From Myxococcota bacterium (GTDB taxonomy: Bacteria; Myxococcota_A; UBA796; CAJQPC01), in contig JAZAMN010000064.1 in NCBI GenBank assembly GCA_036229005.1, positions 43,309 to 107,308 on the forward strand: a stretch of DNA of 64,000 nt, given 5' to 3'. The notes beneath the pieces were generated by a model. It had not been told where the DNA came from and did no database searches. It was given only the letters and a program-made list of their open reading frames with translations. The translations under genes were made by a program, and so were the position numbers. Within the stretch, counting starts at the first letter, position 1. Each line of letters starts with the position of its first letter. This document shows, piece by piece, positions 8,384-18,030 of this stretch.

Positions 8384-11300
8384 TCCCCAGCGTCGTCGCC
8401 CGCCAGCTCCAGGACAACCTGCTGGACTACGTGGGGGCCACCCTGGCCCTCTCCGACGCCGCGGTGGACGACGCCCTGCAGGCGCACCTGGCCGGGAAAA
8501 ACGGCCTCTTCGCCGGGCCCTACCTGCGCCTGGGCCTGCCCTTTGCCAGCGCGCCCGCGGACGCGCCTCCGGTGCTGGACGTCGGGCCGCCCTTTGTGCC
8601 CTACGCCCACCAGCGGCAGGCCTTCGAGCAGCTCTCCAGCGACCAGGCCCAGCCGCGCAACACGCTGATCACCACGGGCACCGGCTCGGGCAAGACCGAG
8701 TGCTTTTTGTACCCCATCCTGGACCACTGCCAGCGGCACCGGGACACGCCGGGGGTGCAGGCCATCCTGATCTACCCCATGAACGCCCTGGCCACCGACC
8801 AGGCCCGGCGCTTCGCCCAGGCCATCCACGAAGATCCGCGCCTGCACGGCCTGCGCGTGGGTCTGTATGTGGGCGGCAAGGGGGGCACCCGCAAGATGGG
8901 CCCCGAGCAGGTGATCGAAGACAAGGACGTGCTGCGCAAGCACCCCCCACAGATCCTGCTCACCAACTACAAGATGCTGGACTTCATGCTGCTGCGCCCC
9001 GACGAGCGCAAGCTGTGGTCCCACAACGGCCCCCAGACCCTGCGCTACCTGGTGATCGACGAGCTGCACACCTTCGACGGCGCCCAGGGCTCGGACGTGG
9101 CCTGCCTGATCCGGCGCCTCAAGGCCCGCCTGGGCACGCCCCCGGGGCACCTGATCTGCGCGGGGACCTCGGCGACCATCGGCGGCAGCGCGGACGGCGA
9201 CTCAGTGGCCCGGCTCTCGGAGTTCGCCGGCCTGGTCTTTGACGCGGACTTCCACCCCAGCGCCGTGGTGGGGGAGCAGCGCGTGCCCCGCCGGGAGTTT
9301 CTGCGACAGGCCACCGGCCCCACGCCGCTGCCTGACCGCGCCCAGCTCGCCGCCCTGCACCCCGGACCGGACGCGGAGGCCTGGCTGAGCCAGCAGCAGC
9401 AGCTCTGGCTGGGCCAGGTCTTCGACGACCCGGTGGCCCTGGGCGACGCCCTGCGCGCGCACCCCCTGCTGGACCACCTGCTGGCGCTCTGCGCCGCGCA
9501 CCCTCGGCCCCTGCCCAAGCTGGCCCAGCGCCTGCACGAGCGCATGCCGGAGCTGCGCGCCTACCGCGACGACGCCCTGGGCGCGCTGCTCGACTCCTTC
9601 TTGGGCTTGCTGGCCCACGCCCGCCGCAAGCAGGGCTCCAAGACCCTGCCGCTGGTCACCCTGCAGATGCAGCTCTGGAGCCGGGAGCTCACCCGCCTGC
9701 TGCGCGTGCTCCCCAACCGCCAGCGCCCCGAGCAGCAGCCCGAGATCGGTGAGTCCCCGGGCATCGACGGGCTGGTCCCGCGCTTTGTGTGGTGGACCGA
9801 GCAGCCCAACCCCGACCGCTCCAAGCCCCTGGCCGGTGTGCAGGCCCACTGCCGCGAGTGCGGCGCCGTGGGCTTGGCCTGCGCGGAGACGGAAGCCGAC
9901 CAGCAGAAGGGCCAGCTCACCTGGGACCCCGGCGCGGTGGGCCAGCACTGGATGGAGAGCAGCCGGGCGGCGCGCTTTCTGTGGCTGCGCCCCCTGGACC
10001 ACGAGCAGCGGGTGGGGGAGCTGATCCACTGGCTGGATCCCAGCGGCGGCGTGGTCATGGGCGTGGAGCCCGTGGACGACCAGGGGCAGGGGACCGGCGT
10101 GCCCGTCATCGTGGAGAAGCGCCTGGGCAACGGGGGGCGCTTTCTGGCCCAGTGCCCCTGCTGCGAGAGCGAAGACGCCCTGCGCATCCTGGGCGCCCGC
10201 GCCGCCAGCCTGAGCAGCGTGGTCATCTCCCAGCTCTTCCAGTCGGACTACCACCACGACCCCAAGCTGCTGGCCTTCACCGACTCGGTGCAGGACGCCA
10301 GCCACCGGGCCGGGTTCTTTGGCGCCCGCAGCTTCCGCATTCACCTGCGCGTGGCCATGCAGGCCGTCCTGCGCGCCGCCCAGGACCGGGGGGAGACCCT
10401 GACCCTGGAGAGCGCCCCCAAGGCCTTCCTGGAGCACTGGAAGGCCGAGCAGGGCGCGGCCTGGACCATGGCCGCCTTCTTCCCGCCCGACCTGCGGGAA
10501 CTGCCCGAGTTCACGACCTACGTGGAGAAGAAGGGCAAGGGCCGCCACCAGCGCCTGTGGAACATCCTGCGCGCCCGCATGGGCTGGGAGTTCACCCGGG
10601 AGTTCGGCCTGATGGCCAGCCTGGGGCGCAGCCTGGAGCGCACGGGGGCCAGCACCCTGGCCATCGATCCCCAGCGCCTGGAGCAGGCGCAGCAGCGCTT
10701 TGAGCAGTGGCTGGCCCAGGACGGGCTGGCCGGCCCCAAGGCCCTGCCCCGCGCCTTCGTGCTGGGCCTGCTCCACCGCATGCGACACCAGGGCGGCATC
10801 CACCACCCCTACCTGGAGAGCTACCGGCGCAGCCTGGGCAACGCCTTCCTGCTCAACCGCCGCAAGAACCCCCACATCAGCTACTTCGGCCGCCGCACGC
10901 GGCGCCCCCGCTATGTGAGCTCCTACGCCAAGGGAAAACGTTTTGCCTCGCCCTTCTCCCGCCGCTCGGCGGCGGGCTGGTACGGCGACTGGATGAACCG
11001 CTGCCTGGACTGGGGCAGCCCCGGTCCCGACGACGTGGCCCGCGTCTACCGCCAGCTCCTGGCCCACCTGGTGGAGGCCGGCATCCTGGAGCAGCGGGAC
11101 GCCGAGGGCGGCGCCGAGACCTGGGGCCTGCGCCCCGACGCCCTGCACCTGAGCCTGGAGCTGGGCCGCCTGCGGGACGGGCACCGCCACCAGCACCTGC
11201 ACGCCGCGGAGACCCAGGTCATCGCCGGCGGCCCGGTCTGGCGCTTCCGGGCCCCGGAGCGCTTTGTGTCTCAGAAGCCCCAGCCCGGCTTCTACGCCCA

Positions 11301-14300
11301 GGTCTACGCCCGTGAGCAGAGCAGCCGCGTGCTCTCCGCCGAGCACACCGGCCTGCTGGAGCGCGAGCCCCGCACCCTGCTCGAGCAGCGCTTCCTGGCC
11401 TCGCCCGACCCCCAGGACCCTCTGGCGCCCAACCTGCTGGTGTGTACGCCCACGCTGGAGATGGGCGTGGACATCGGTGACCTCTCCGCCACCCTGCTGT
11501 GCTCCGTGCCCCCCACGCCGGCCAACTACCTGCAGAGGGTGGGCCGCGCAGGTCGAAAGACGGGCAACGCCCTCATCTTCACCCTGGCGACCTTCAAGAA
11601 CCACGACCTGTACTTCTTCGCCGAGCCCGAGCGCATGCTGGACGGTCAGGTCGCCACCCCCGGTGTGTTCCTGGGGGCGACCGCGATGCTCCAGCGCCAG
11701 CTCTCGGCCTGGTGCATGGACCGCTGGGCCCAAGACGACCCCGGCGCCGAAGCCATCCCCGCCAAGGCCAGCCTGGTGCTCAGCGAGCAGGGCGCGCAGG
11801 TCTTTCCGGGGCGCTTTCTGGACTACTTCAAGGAGCACCGGGAGCGCCTGCTGGCGGGCTTCCTGGAGCGCTTCTCCCAGACCGGCCTGCGCCCCCAGAC
11901 CCAAGCGCTGCTGACGGCCTGGGTGCAGGATCAGGCCCACGGGCTGGAGCAGGCGATCCCCGGGGCGTTTGCGGAGCTGCAGGCGCAGATCAAGCAGTAC
12001 GCCTACGAGCGCCAGAAGGCCAACGAGCGCATCAAGCAGATCGAGGCCGACCCCACCCTGGTGGGGGACGCCGCGCTGGAGATCAAGGAGCTCAACCGCC
12101 ACCGGCTGGTGCTCTCCCAGCTCATCGGCGAGCTGCGCCGCACCTACCCCCTCAACGTGCTCGCCAACCGCTCCCTGCTTCCCAACTACGCTTTCCCAGA
12201 GGCTGGCGTGGAGCTGCACTCGCTGCTGGCCGAGAACCGTCAGGGGCCCGGCGACCAGACCGAGCGGCACTACGACAAGCGGAGCTACCAGCGGCCGGCC
12301 GCCCGCGCCCTGCGGGAGCTGGCGCCCTTCAACACCTTCTACGCCGACGGCCACAAGGTCCGCGTCACCGAGCTGGAGCTGGGCCCCAAGGCCAAGCTGG
12401 TGCGCTACCACCGCATCTGCCCCACCTGCCACCACCACAGCATCCAGCCGGTCAACCCCCAGGAGCCCTGCAAAGACCCGGGCTGCCCCAGGTGCGGAGA
12501 CCCGCAGTGGGGGGACAAGGGCCAGGTGCGCGCGCTGCTCTCCCTGAGCACCGTGCGCTCGGTGGCCGACCGCGTGCTCAGCACCACGGTGGACGACAGC
12601 GAAGAGCGGGAGCGCCAGTCCTACCACCTGATGGGTCTGTATCAGGTGCTGGAGACCGAAGGGCAGGCCCTGGTCCACCCGGAGCTGGGCTTTGGCTTCG
12701 AGTACGTGCGGGAGCTGCGCTACACCGAGCTCAACACCGGGCCGCGCACCGCCGTGGACGGGGGGCCCAAGCTGCGCTTGGCCGGCGAGGAGGTCTCGGC
12801 CCAGGGCTTCATGGTCTGCGCCGACTGCGGGGGCGTGCAGGAGCCCAGCAGCGGTGGGCGGGACCCCAAGCTGCGACACAACTTCCGCTGCCCGCAGCGG
12901 AACAAGGACAACAAGGCGCTGCTGCCCCTGTACCTGTCGCGGGAGCTGCGCTCGGAGGCCGTTCGCTTCCTGATGCCCTTCTCCCAGGTGCAGGTGGAGC
13001 AGAAGCAGCGCAGCTTCCAGGCCGCCCTGAACTTTGCCCTGCGCCGCCGCTTCCAGGGGCGCCCCATCCACCTGGGGGTGGGCACCATGTCCGAGCCCGT
13101 GCCGGGCAAGAAGGACCAGCGAAAGCACTTCTTGGTGCTGCTGGACACCGTGCCTGGGGGCACCGGCTACCTGCGCGAGTATCAGGACCGGGAGCAGGTC
13201 TTTGGGCTGCTCCAGCTCGCGCTGGACGGCCTGCGGGGCTGCGGCTGCCAGCAGCAGGGGCGGGACGGTTGCTACCTGTGCCTGTTCGCGCACCAGGCCC
13301 AGCGGCACCTGCCCCTGCTCTCCAGCAAGGTCGCCCAGGACATGCTGCAGGAGATCCTGGACAGCAAGCACGAGTTCGACGGCGCCAGCGGGGGCCTGAG
13401 CGGCACCAACGTGTCCTCGGTCTTGGAGTCCGAGCTCGAAGAGCGCTTCGTGAGCTGGCTCCAGGCCCAGAGCGGTGTGGAGCTCACCCCCCAGGGCCAG
13501 GACTTCCGCCTCCAAATCGGGGAGTGTGTGTGGGTGATGAAGCCCCAGGTGGACCTGCACGCCGAGGCCGGTCAGCCCATGCGCGCGGACTTTGTGCTCT
13601 ATGGGGCCCAGGGGCCCGCGCTGAATCAGGTGGTCGTGATCGAGTGCGACGGCTTCGAGTACCACGCCATGCCCGGCAAGCCCGACTGCAGGCTGGAGGG
13701 GGACGTGGAGAAGCGACAGTCCCTGGTCCAACGCCCGGGCTGGCAGGTGTTCTCCCTGACCTGGCAGGACCTCGTCGGCGAGGACACCCCGGCCTTTGCT
13801 CCGGAGGCGTTCATCGGGCGGCCCACCAAGACCCGGGAGAAGATGTTGGACCGGGTCGCGCCCAAGCTCCCGCACCTGAGCGTGGAGACCTTGCGCAAGC
13901 TCCCGGGGCTGGATGCAGGGGGGCTCCTGCTGGCGTGGCTGCGACAGCCCGTCCCGGACTGGTCGGGTGCGGTGAGCGGTCTGTGTCACGCTGCGCTGAT
14001 CGGGGCGCTCAAGGGGCAGGGGAGCCTGGACGCCTTCTCGCTGGGCAAGCTGCAGGACCACCTGGAGGGGCAGCGGACACTGTCGCCGCTGCCGCCCCTG
14101 GGACACAACCGGAAGCCCAAGAACACCGAGCCGCTGGGGGTGTCCAGCGCGGATGCCTACTGTGCGGGGCTGGTCTGGCTCCCGGAGATGGCGCAGGCGG
14201 TGCAGCTCGGGGTCAGCAACTTGCGGCTGATCCTGCGGCTGGAGGACAGCCACCACGCCCGCCAACAGGCTGACTACCGGGAGAGCTGGCGGCGCTTCCT

Positions 14301-14763
14301 GATGGGCATGAACCTGCTTCAGTTCTTGCCTCAGACACAGGTGCTCCTGAGCTCCCAAATCGAGGAGCTCTCGGAGGACTCCATCGACATCCTGGCCGCC
14401 CTGGGCCTGGACGACGACGACGTGGTCGGCATGGCGGCCAGCGCGGAGGACCCGGGGTATCAAGCCGATCCTGCGGCGGTCTATGCGGACGCGCTGCTGC
14501 TCGAGGAGCCGGAGCAGGTTCTGATCCGCAAGCTCGCGGAGCTGGGCGTGACGCTGCCCGCGCTGGAGCCGCCGGACCTGCCCGAGGGCCTGCCCGCGGA
14601 CTTGGTGTGGCCGGAGCACAAGCTGGCGCTGTGTCAGCCGGACGACCTGGAGCCCGGCGACCTGGACACGCTGCGCGCCGCAGGCTGGCAGCCATTGCTG
14701 CTGCCCCAGAGCCCTGAGACCATCAAGCGCGCCCTGGAGCGCGCCCGGAAGGAGTCGCAATGA
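8380..14763 (+). CDS. YprA-like DEAD/DEAH helicase with DUF1998 and C-terminal Vsr/DUF559-like nuclease (DrmA+DrmB-like fusion)
   Basis: 2127 aa. TGTGSGKT, YPMNALATDQ, DELH, TSAT, TPTLEMGVDIG, QRVGRAGR. Several CxxC pairs. DUF1998 GGTGY...CGC...GCYLC. Then ESELEERF...ADF...IECDGFEYH...W nuclease-like motif. Confidence 0.9.
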   Translation: MIPSVVARQLQDNLLDYVGATLALSDAAVDDALQAHLAGKNGLFAGPYLRLGLPFASAPADAPPVLDVGPPFVPYAHQRQAFEQLSSDQAQPRNTLITTGTGSGKTECFLYPILDHCQRHRDTPGVQAILIYPMNALATDQARRFAQAIHEDPRLHGLRVGLYVGGKGGTRKMGPEQVIEDKDVLRKHPPQILLTNYKMLDFMLLRPDERKLWSHNGPQTLRYLVIDELHTFDGAQGSDVACLIRRLKARLGTPPGHLICAGTSATIGGSADGDSVARLSEFAGLVFDADFHPSAVVGEQRVPRREFLRQATGPTPLPDRAQLAALHPGPDAEAWLSQQQQLWLGQVFDDPVALGDALRAHPLLDHLLALCAAHPRPLPKLAQRLHERMPELRAYRDDALGALLDSFLGLLAHARRKQGSKTLPLVTLQMQLWSRELTRLLRVLPNRQRPEQQPEIGESPGIDGLVPRFVWWTEQPNPDRSKPLAGVQAHCRECGAVGLACAETEADQQKGQLTWDPGAVGQHWMESSRAARFLWLRPLDHEQRVGELIHWLDPSGGVVMGVEPVDDQGQGTGVPVIVEKRLGNGGRFLAQCPCCESEDALRILGARAASLSSVVISQLFQSDYHHDPKLLAFTDSVQDASHRAGFFGARSFRIHLRVAMQAVLRAAQDRGETLTLESAPKAFLEHWKAEQGAAWTMAAFFPPDLRELPEFTTYVEKKGKGRHQRLWNILRARMGWEFTREFGLMASLGRSLERTGASTLAIDPQRLEQAQQRFEQWLAQDGLAGPKALPRAFVLGLLHRMRHQGGIHHPYLESYRRSLGNAFLLNRRKNPHISYFGRRTRRPRYVSSYAKGKRFASPFSRRSAAGWYGDWMNRCLDWGSPGPDDVARVYRQLLAHLVEAGILEQRDAEGGAETWGLRPDALHLSLELGRLRDGHRHQHLHAAETQVIAGGPVWRFRAPERFVSQKPQPGFYAQVYAREQSSRVLSAEHTGLLEREPRTLLEQRFLASPDPQDPLAPNLLVCTPTLEMGVDIGDLSATLLCSVPPTPANYLQRVGRAGRKTGNALIFTLATFKNHDLYFFAEPERMLDGQVATPGVFLGATAMLQRQLSAWCMDRWAQDDPGAEAIPAKASLVLSEQGAQVFPGRFLDYFKEHRERLLAGFLERFSQTGLRPQTQALLTAWVQDQAHGLEQAIPGAFAELQAQIKQYAYERQKANERIKQIEADPTLVGDAALEIKELNRHRLVLSQLIGELRRTYPLNVLANRSLLPNYAFPEAGVELHSLLAENRQGPGDQTERHYDKRSYQRPAARALRELAPFNTFYADGHKVRVTELELGPKAKLVRYHRICPTCHHHSIQPVNPQEPCKDPGCPRCGDPQWGDKGQVRALLSLSTVRSVADRVLSTTVDDSEERERQSYHLMGLYQVLETEGQALVHPELGFGFEYVRELRYTELNTGPRTAVDGGPKLRLAGEEVSAQGFMVCADCGGVQEPSSGGRDPKLRHNFRCPQRNKDNKALLPLYLSRELRSEAVRFLMPFSQVQVEQKQRSFQAALNFALRRRFQGRPIHLGVGTMSEPVPGKKDQRKHFLVLLDTVPGGTGYLREYQDREQVFGLLQLALDGLRGCGCQQQGRDGCYLCLFAHQAQRHLPLLSSKVAQDMLQEILDSKHEFDGASGGLSGTNVSSVLESELEERFVSWLQAQSGVELTPQGQDFRLQIGECVWVMKPQVDLHAEAGQPMRADFVLYGAQGPALNQVVVIECDGFEYHAMPGKPDCRLEGDVEKRQSLVQRPGWQVFSLTWQDLVGEDTPAFAPEAFIGRPTKTREKMLDRVAPKLPHLSVETLRKLPGLDAGGLLLAWLRQPVPDWSGAVSGLCHAALIGALKGQGSLDAFSLGKLQDHLEGQRTLSPLPPLGHNRKPKNTEPLGVSSADAYCAGLVWLPEMAQAVQLGVSNLRLILRLEDSHHARQQADYRESWRRFLMGMNLLQFLPQTQVLLSSQIEELSEDSIDILAALGLDDDDVVGMAASAEDPGYQADPAAVYADALLLEEPEQVLIRKLAELGVTLPALEPPDLPEGLPADLVWPEHKLALCQPDDLEPGDLDTLRAAGWQPLLLPQSPETIKRALERARKESQ

Positions 14764-17387
14764 GCGACAGCAACTTTGCCCCCTTGGACCGCCCCGCGCA
14801 GGAGCTCGCCGAGCTCGGCCGCTTGGCAGAGCGAGCCTTCGCCCAGGACCCCCGCGCGGCCATGTCGCACCTGCGCCTCTTTGGGGAGCGCATGGCGCTG
14901 GCCCTGCTGGATGTGTATCGCCTGCCCATCTACGCCGAGTCGCAGGTGGACCGGCTGCGGCGGCTGCGTCAGCAGACCAGCATGGGGCCGCGGGTGCTGG
15001 ACCAGCTCCACACCCTGCGTCAGGAGGGCAACAAGGCGGTGCACGCCTACGGTCGGGTGTCGCATTCTGAGGCCATGCGCATGCTGCGCGCGGCGCACGC
15101 GCTGACCCGCTGGTACTGGAAGGAGCACACCGCCAAGCAGCCGCCCAAGCCGGGGGAGTTCATCAAGCCCACGGCCAGCGGGGACCGCCGCCAGGCGGCC
15201 ATCCTCAAGGCCCAGCTGGACGCTGAGCGCGTCCAGCGCAAGCGGCAGCATGAGCAGGTGCAGGACCTGCTGCGCATGCTGGACATGCCCCAGGTGGCCT
15301 TCTTCGCGGGGGTGCGGGACTGCTTTCAGGGCCTGGACGAGGACACCCAGGCCCAGATGGAGGTCTTCCTCAAGCTCTTCCGGGAGGAGCCCCTGCACGA
15401 GGACTGGCCCCTGGAGACGCCCCAGGGCATGGCGGACCCCAAGGTGCGCTTTGTGCGACAGCACGGGCTGGTGGTCACCGTGGTGGAGTCGCCCCGCGGG
15501 GAGCTGCTGGTGGTCGCCCACTTGGGCACCCAGGAGCAGGCCACCGAGTGGGCCAACGGCCGGCGCTTTCAGGTGCACCCCATCACCGGCACGCTGCAGG
15601 TCTTTGACGTGCAGGAGGCTGAGCAGGCTGCCCCGCAGAGCGCCAAGGGCTCGCTGCTGCAGAGCTTTGACGACACCAGCCTGACCTCGCTTGGGCTACC
15701 GGCAGCGCTGCTGCCGGCCGTTCGCAGCCTGGACACGGTCGCAGAGCTGGATGGGTTGGCCCCCCACCTTCCGCCAGAGGCATCCGACGCGCTCTACCTG
15801 CTGGCCGCTGGATACACCTTGGAGGAGACCCGCGCGGAGCTGCAGGGCGCGCCGCCTGAGGCCGAGACCGCCGAGCCCGTCGAGATCGACGAGCAGGACT
15901 TCGCCGCGGCGGTGCATCACCCGGACTCCCAGCGCAGCTTCAAGCTGCCCGAGGACAGCGGCGATCTGGAGGCGGTGCTCAGTGGGAGCGTGGAGGCCTG
16001 GCGCCTGTACCTGCACCCCGATCAGCAGAAGCTGGTGCGCATGAACGCCAACGGCCCCGTCCGGGTGCTGGGTGGCGCGGGCACCGGCAAGACCGTGGCG
16101 CTGATGCATCGGACCAAGGTGCTGCTGGAGGAGCGCTTTGTGCGACAGGAGCGCGTGCTGGTGACCACCTACACGCGGAACCTGGCCAGCGATCTGGAGC
16201 ACCACCTGCGACAGCTGCTGGAGCCTGCGGACCTGGCGCGCCTGGAGGTCGTCAACTTCCACGCGCTGAGCGCGCGGCTCTGGGCCGAGCACGGCAACGG
16301 CAAGTCCATCGCGCGGCAGCGGCACCAGGACCAGGCCTGGGAGACGGCCATGACCCACGAGAGCTTGGGGCTGCCCATCAGCTTCTATCAGGACGAGTTC
16401 GCACAGATCCTGCTGGGTCAGGACATCACCCAGGAGCGCGCGTACCTCAAGGCGCGGCGCACAGGACGGGGAGTCCCCCTGGGGAGGGCGCAGCGGCGAC
16501 AGGCCTGGACTGTGTTTGAAGCCTACCGGCGCGACCTGGACGACCACGCACAGATCGAGCACGGAGACGCCCTGCGCATCCTGCGCGAGCGCTACGAATC
16601 GGGTGAGATCCAGGGCCCCTTCGCGGCCGCCCTCGCGGACGAGGTGCAGGACTTCGGGGCGCCGGAGCTGCGCTTTCTGCGGGCCTTCATCCCGGCGGGG
16701 CCGGACGATGTGTTCCTGGTCGGGGACGCGCACCAGCGCATCTACGGGAGCCCGGTGCGCATGGGCAAGTGTGGCATCGAGATCCGGGGCCGCTCGCGCC
16801 GGCTCAAGGTCAACTACCGCACCACCGCGCAGGTCAAGGACTGGGCCGTCGCCGCGCTCGAGGGCCTGGAGGTGGACGACATGGACGGCGGCCAGGACAC
16901 CCTGCGGGGCTACCACTCGCTGCGCACCGGGCCGGCTCCGCGGGTCCTGATGCACGGCAACCGGGAGCAGGAGCTGGCCGCCATCCGGGATCAGGTGCGC
17001 CGCTGGATTCAGCAGGACGCCCCTGAGCACGTCTGTGTCGCCGCGCGCACCAACAAGCTGGCCAAGGACATCGCGGAGGATCTGGTGGCCTCCGAGATCC
17101 CCTGTGTGGTGCTGGAGACCGACGCCAGCGCGTCGGGGGAGGGGGTGCGCATCGCGACCTTCCACCGGCTCAAGGGGCTGGAGTTCCCGCGGGTCCTGCT
17201 GGCTGGCGTCGAGAGCGGGCTGATGCCCCTCCGCATCCGAGGCTTCTCGACGATGGACCAAGACAGCAAGACCCGCTGGGACCAGCGGGAGCGCTGCCTG
17301 CTCTACGTGGCCGCTACGCGCGCTCGGGACGAGCTGGTGGTGACCGGCAGCGGCGCGACCTCCGAGTTCCTGGGGGAGGGGAGCTGA
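14760..17387 (+). CDS. UvrD-like SF1 helicase with N-terminal DUF4145 and RelE-like domains
   Basis: GGAGTGKT, DEVQD, GDAHQRIY, NYRT, KGLEF, LYVAATRAR. The N-terminus SNF...DP...LRLFGE...LRQEGNKAVH resembles the HsdR N-terminal DUF4145. Confidence 0.85.
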   Translation: MSDSNFAPLDRPAQELAELGRLAERAFAQDPRAAMSHLRLFGERMALALLDVYRLPIYAESQVDRLRRLRQQTSMGPRVLDQLHTLRQEGNKAVHAYGRVSHSEAMRMLRAAHALTRWYWKEHTAKQPPKPGEFIKPTASGDRRQAAILKAQLDAERVQRKRQHEQVQDLLRMLDMPQVAFFAGVRDCFQGLDEDTQAQMEVFLKLFREEPLHEDWPLETPQGMADPKVRFVRQHGLVVTVVESPRGELLVVAHLGTQEQATEWANGRRFQVHPITGTLQVFDVQEAEQAAPQSAKGSLLQSFDDTSLTSLGLPAALLPAVRSLDTVAELDGLAPHLPPEASDALYLLAAGYTLEETRAELQGAPPEAETAEPVEIDEQDFAAAVHHPDSQRSFKLPEDSGDLEAVLSGSVEAWRLYLHPDQQKLVRMNANGPVRVLGGAGTGKTVALMHRTKVLLEERFVRQERVLVTTYTRNLASDLEHHLRQLLEPADLARLEVVNFHALSARLWAEHGNGKSIARQRHQDQAWETAMTHESLGLPISFYQDEFAQILLGQDITQERAYLKARRTGRGVPLGRAQRRQAWTVFEAYRRDLDDHAQIEHGDALRILRERYESGEIQGPFAAALADEVQDFGAPELRFLRAFIPAGPDDVFLVGDAHQRIYGSPVRMGKCGIEIRGRSRRLKVNYRTTAQVKDWAVAALEGLEVDDMDGGQDTLRGYHSLRTGPAPRVLMHGNREQELAAIRDQVRRWIQQDAPEHVCVAARTNKLAKDIAEDLVASEIPCVVLETDASASGEGVRIATFHRLKGLEFPRVLLAGVESGLMPLRIRGFSTMDQDSKTRWDQRERCLLYVAATRARDELVVTGSGATSEFLGEGS

Positions 17388-18013
17388 TGTGGGGACCGCT
17401 GCAGGCGCTGTCTCGGCGTCGGTCTGTGTTTCATTCCGAGGCGGACTTCCAGTTCGAGCTGGCCACCGAGCTGCGGGAGCTAGGGTGGACCGAGATCCGC
17501 CTGGAGCGCCCCGCGCCCGGGCAGTCGGGTCGCATCTACGTGGACATCGTTGCGCGGGACCCGGATGGCGTGCGCTGGGCCATCGAGCTCAAGTACTGGA
17601 CCCGCAAGCTGGAGCTCACCCTGGGCGACGACGTATTCGAGCTGCGGGACCAGTCCGCTCATGACCTGAACCGGTACGCGTTCTGCAAGGACCTGGCGCG
17701 GGTTCAGCGCTTGGTGGCAGAGGGTGTCGCGCAGCGGGGGCGGGTCATCGCGCTGACCAACGACTCGGCCTACTGGAAGCCCGGGCGCTCGGAGCAGTGC
17801 TTGGATGCGGCGTTCCGCATTCACGAGGGCCGCGAGCTGTCCGGTGTGCTGGACTGGACCCGTGAGAGCGGGACCACCAAGGGAAAGGGGCCCTTGGCGC
17901 TGTCGAGCCCGGTCGCGCTGGCTTGGGAGGACTTCTGTGAGCTGGATGGGAAGCGGGGGCGCTTCCGCTTGTTGGACGTGCGCATTCCAGAGAGTGCGCA
18001 CCCGCCGGGGTGA
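17387..18013 (+). CDS. Putative PD-(D/E)XK nuclease
   Basis: FHSEADFQ...VDI...IELKY gives E...D...ExK spacing. TGATG overlap with the upstream helicase gene. Confidence 0.65.
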   Translation: MWGPLQALSRRRSVFHSEADFQFELATELRELGWTEIRLERPAPGQSGRIYVDIVARDPDGVRWAIELKYWTRKLELTLGDDVFELRDQSAHDLNRYAFCKDLARVQRLVAEGVAQRGRVIALTNDSAYWKPGRSEQCLDAAFRIHEGRELSGVLDWTRESGTTKGKGPLALSSPVALAWEDFCELDGKRGRFRLLDVRIPESAHPPG

Positions 18014-18018
18014 GCGGC

Positions 18019-18024
18019 TACAAT
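18019..18024 (+). promoter_or_regulatory. -10 box TACAAT of a probable leaderless transcript
   Basis: TACAAT-tccgcc-ATG(18031): 6-nt spacer, no Shine-Dalgarno. Confidence 0.55.
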
Positions 18025-18030
18025 TCCGCC

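Noticed and set aside
794..14760. Very long antisense ORFs (794-2749, 2921-5005, 5099-7690, 9202-14760) and similar ones elsewhere (43986-47276, 57322-59931)
   Set aside because: These are shadow frames of real genes in high-GC DNA with biased codon usage. They show no recognisable motifs and are fully overlapped by well-supported genes.
932..17387. Calling the locus canonical DISARM, BREX or type I R-M
   Set aside because: There is no separate DrmB or PLD DrmC, no PglZ/BrxC and no HsdS/HsdM. Only a DUF4145 domain resembles HsdR, so gene symbols were withheld.
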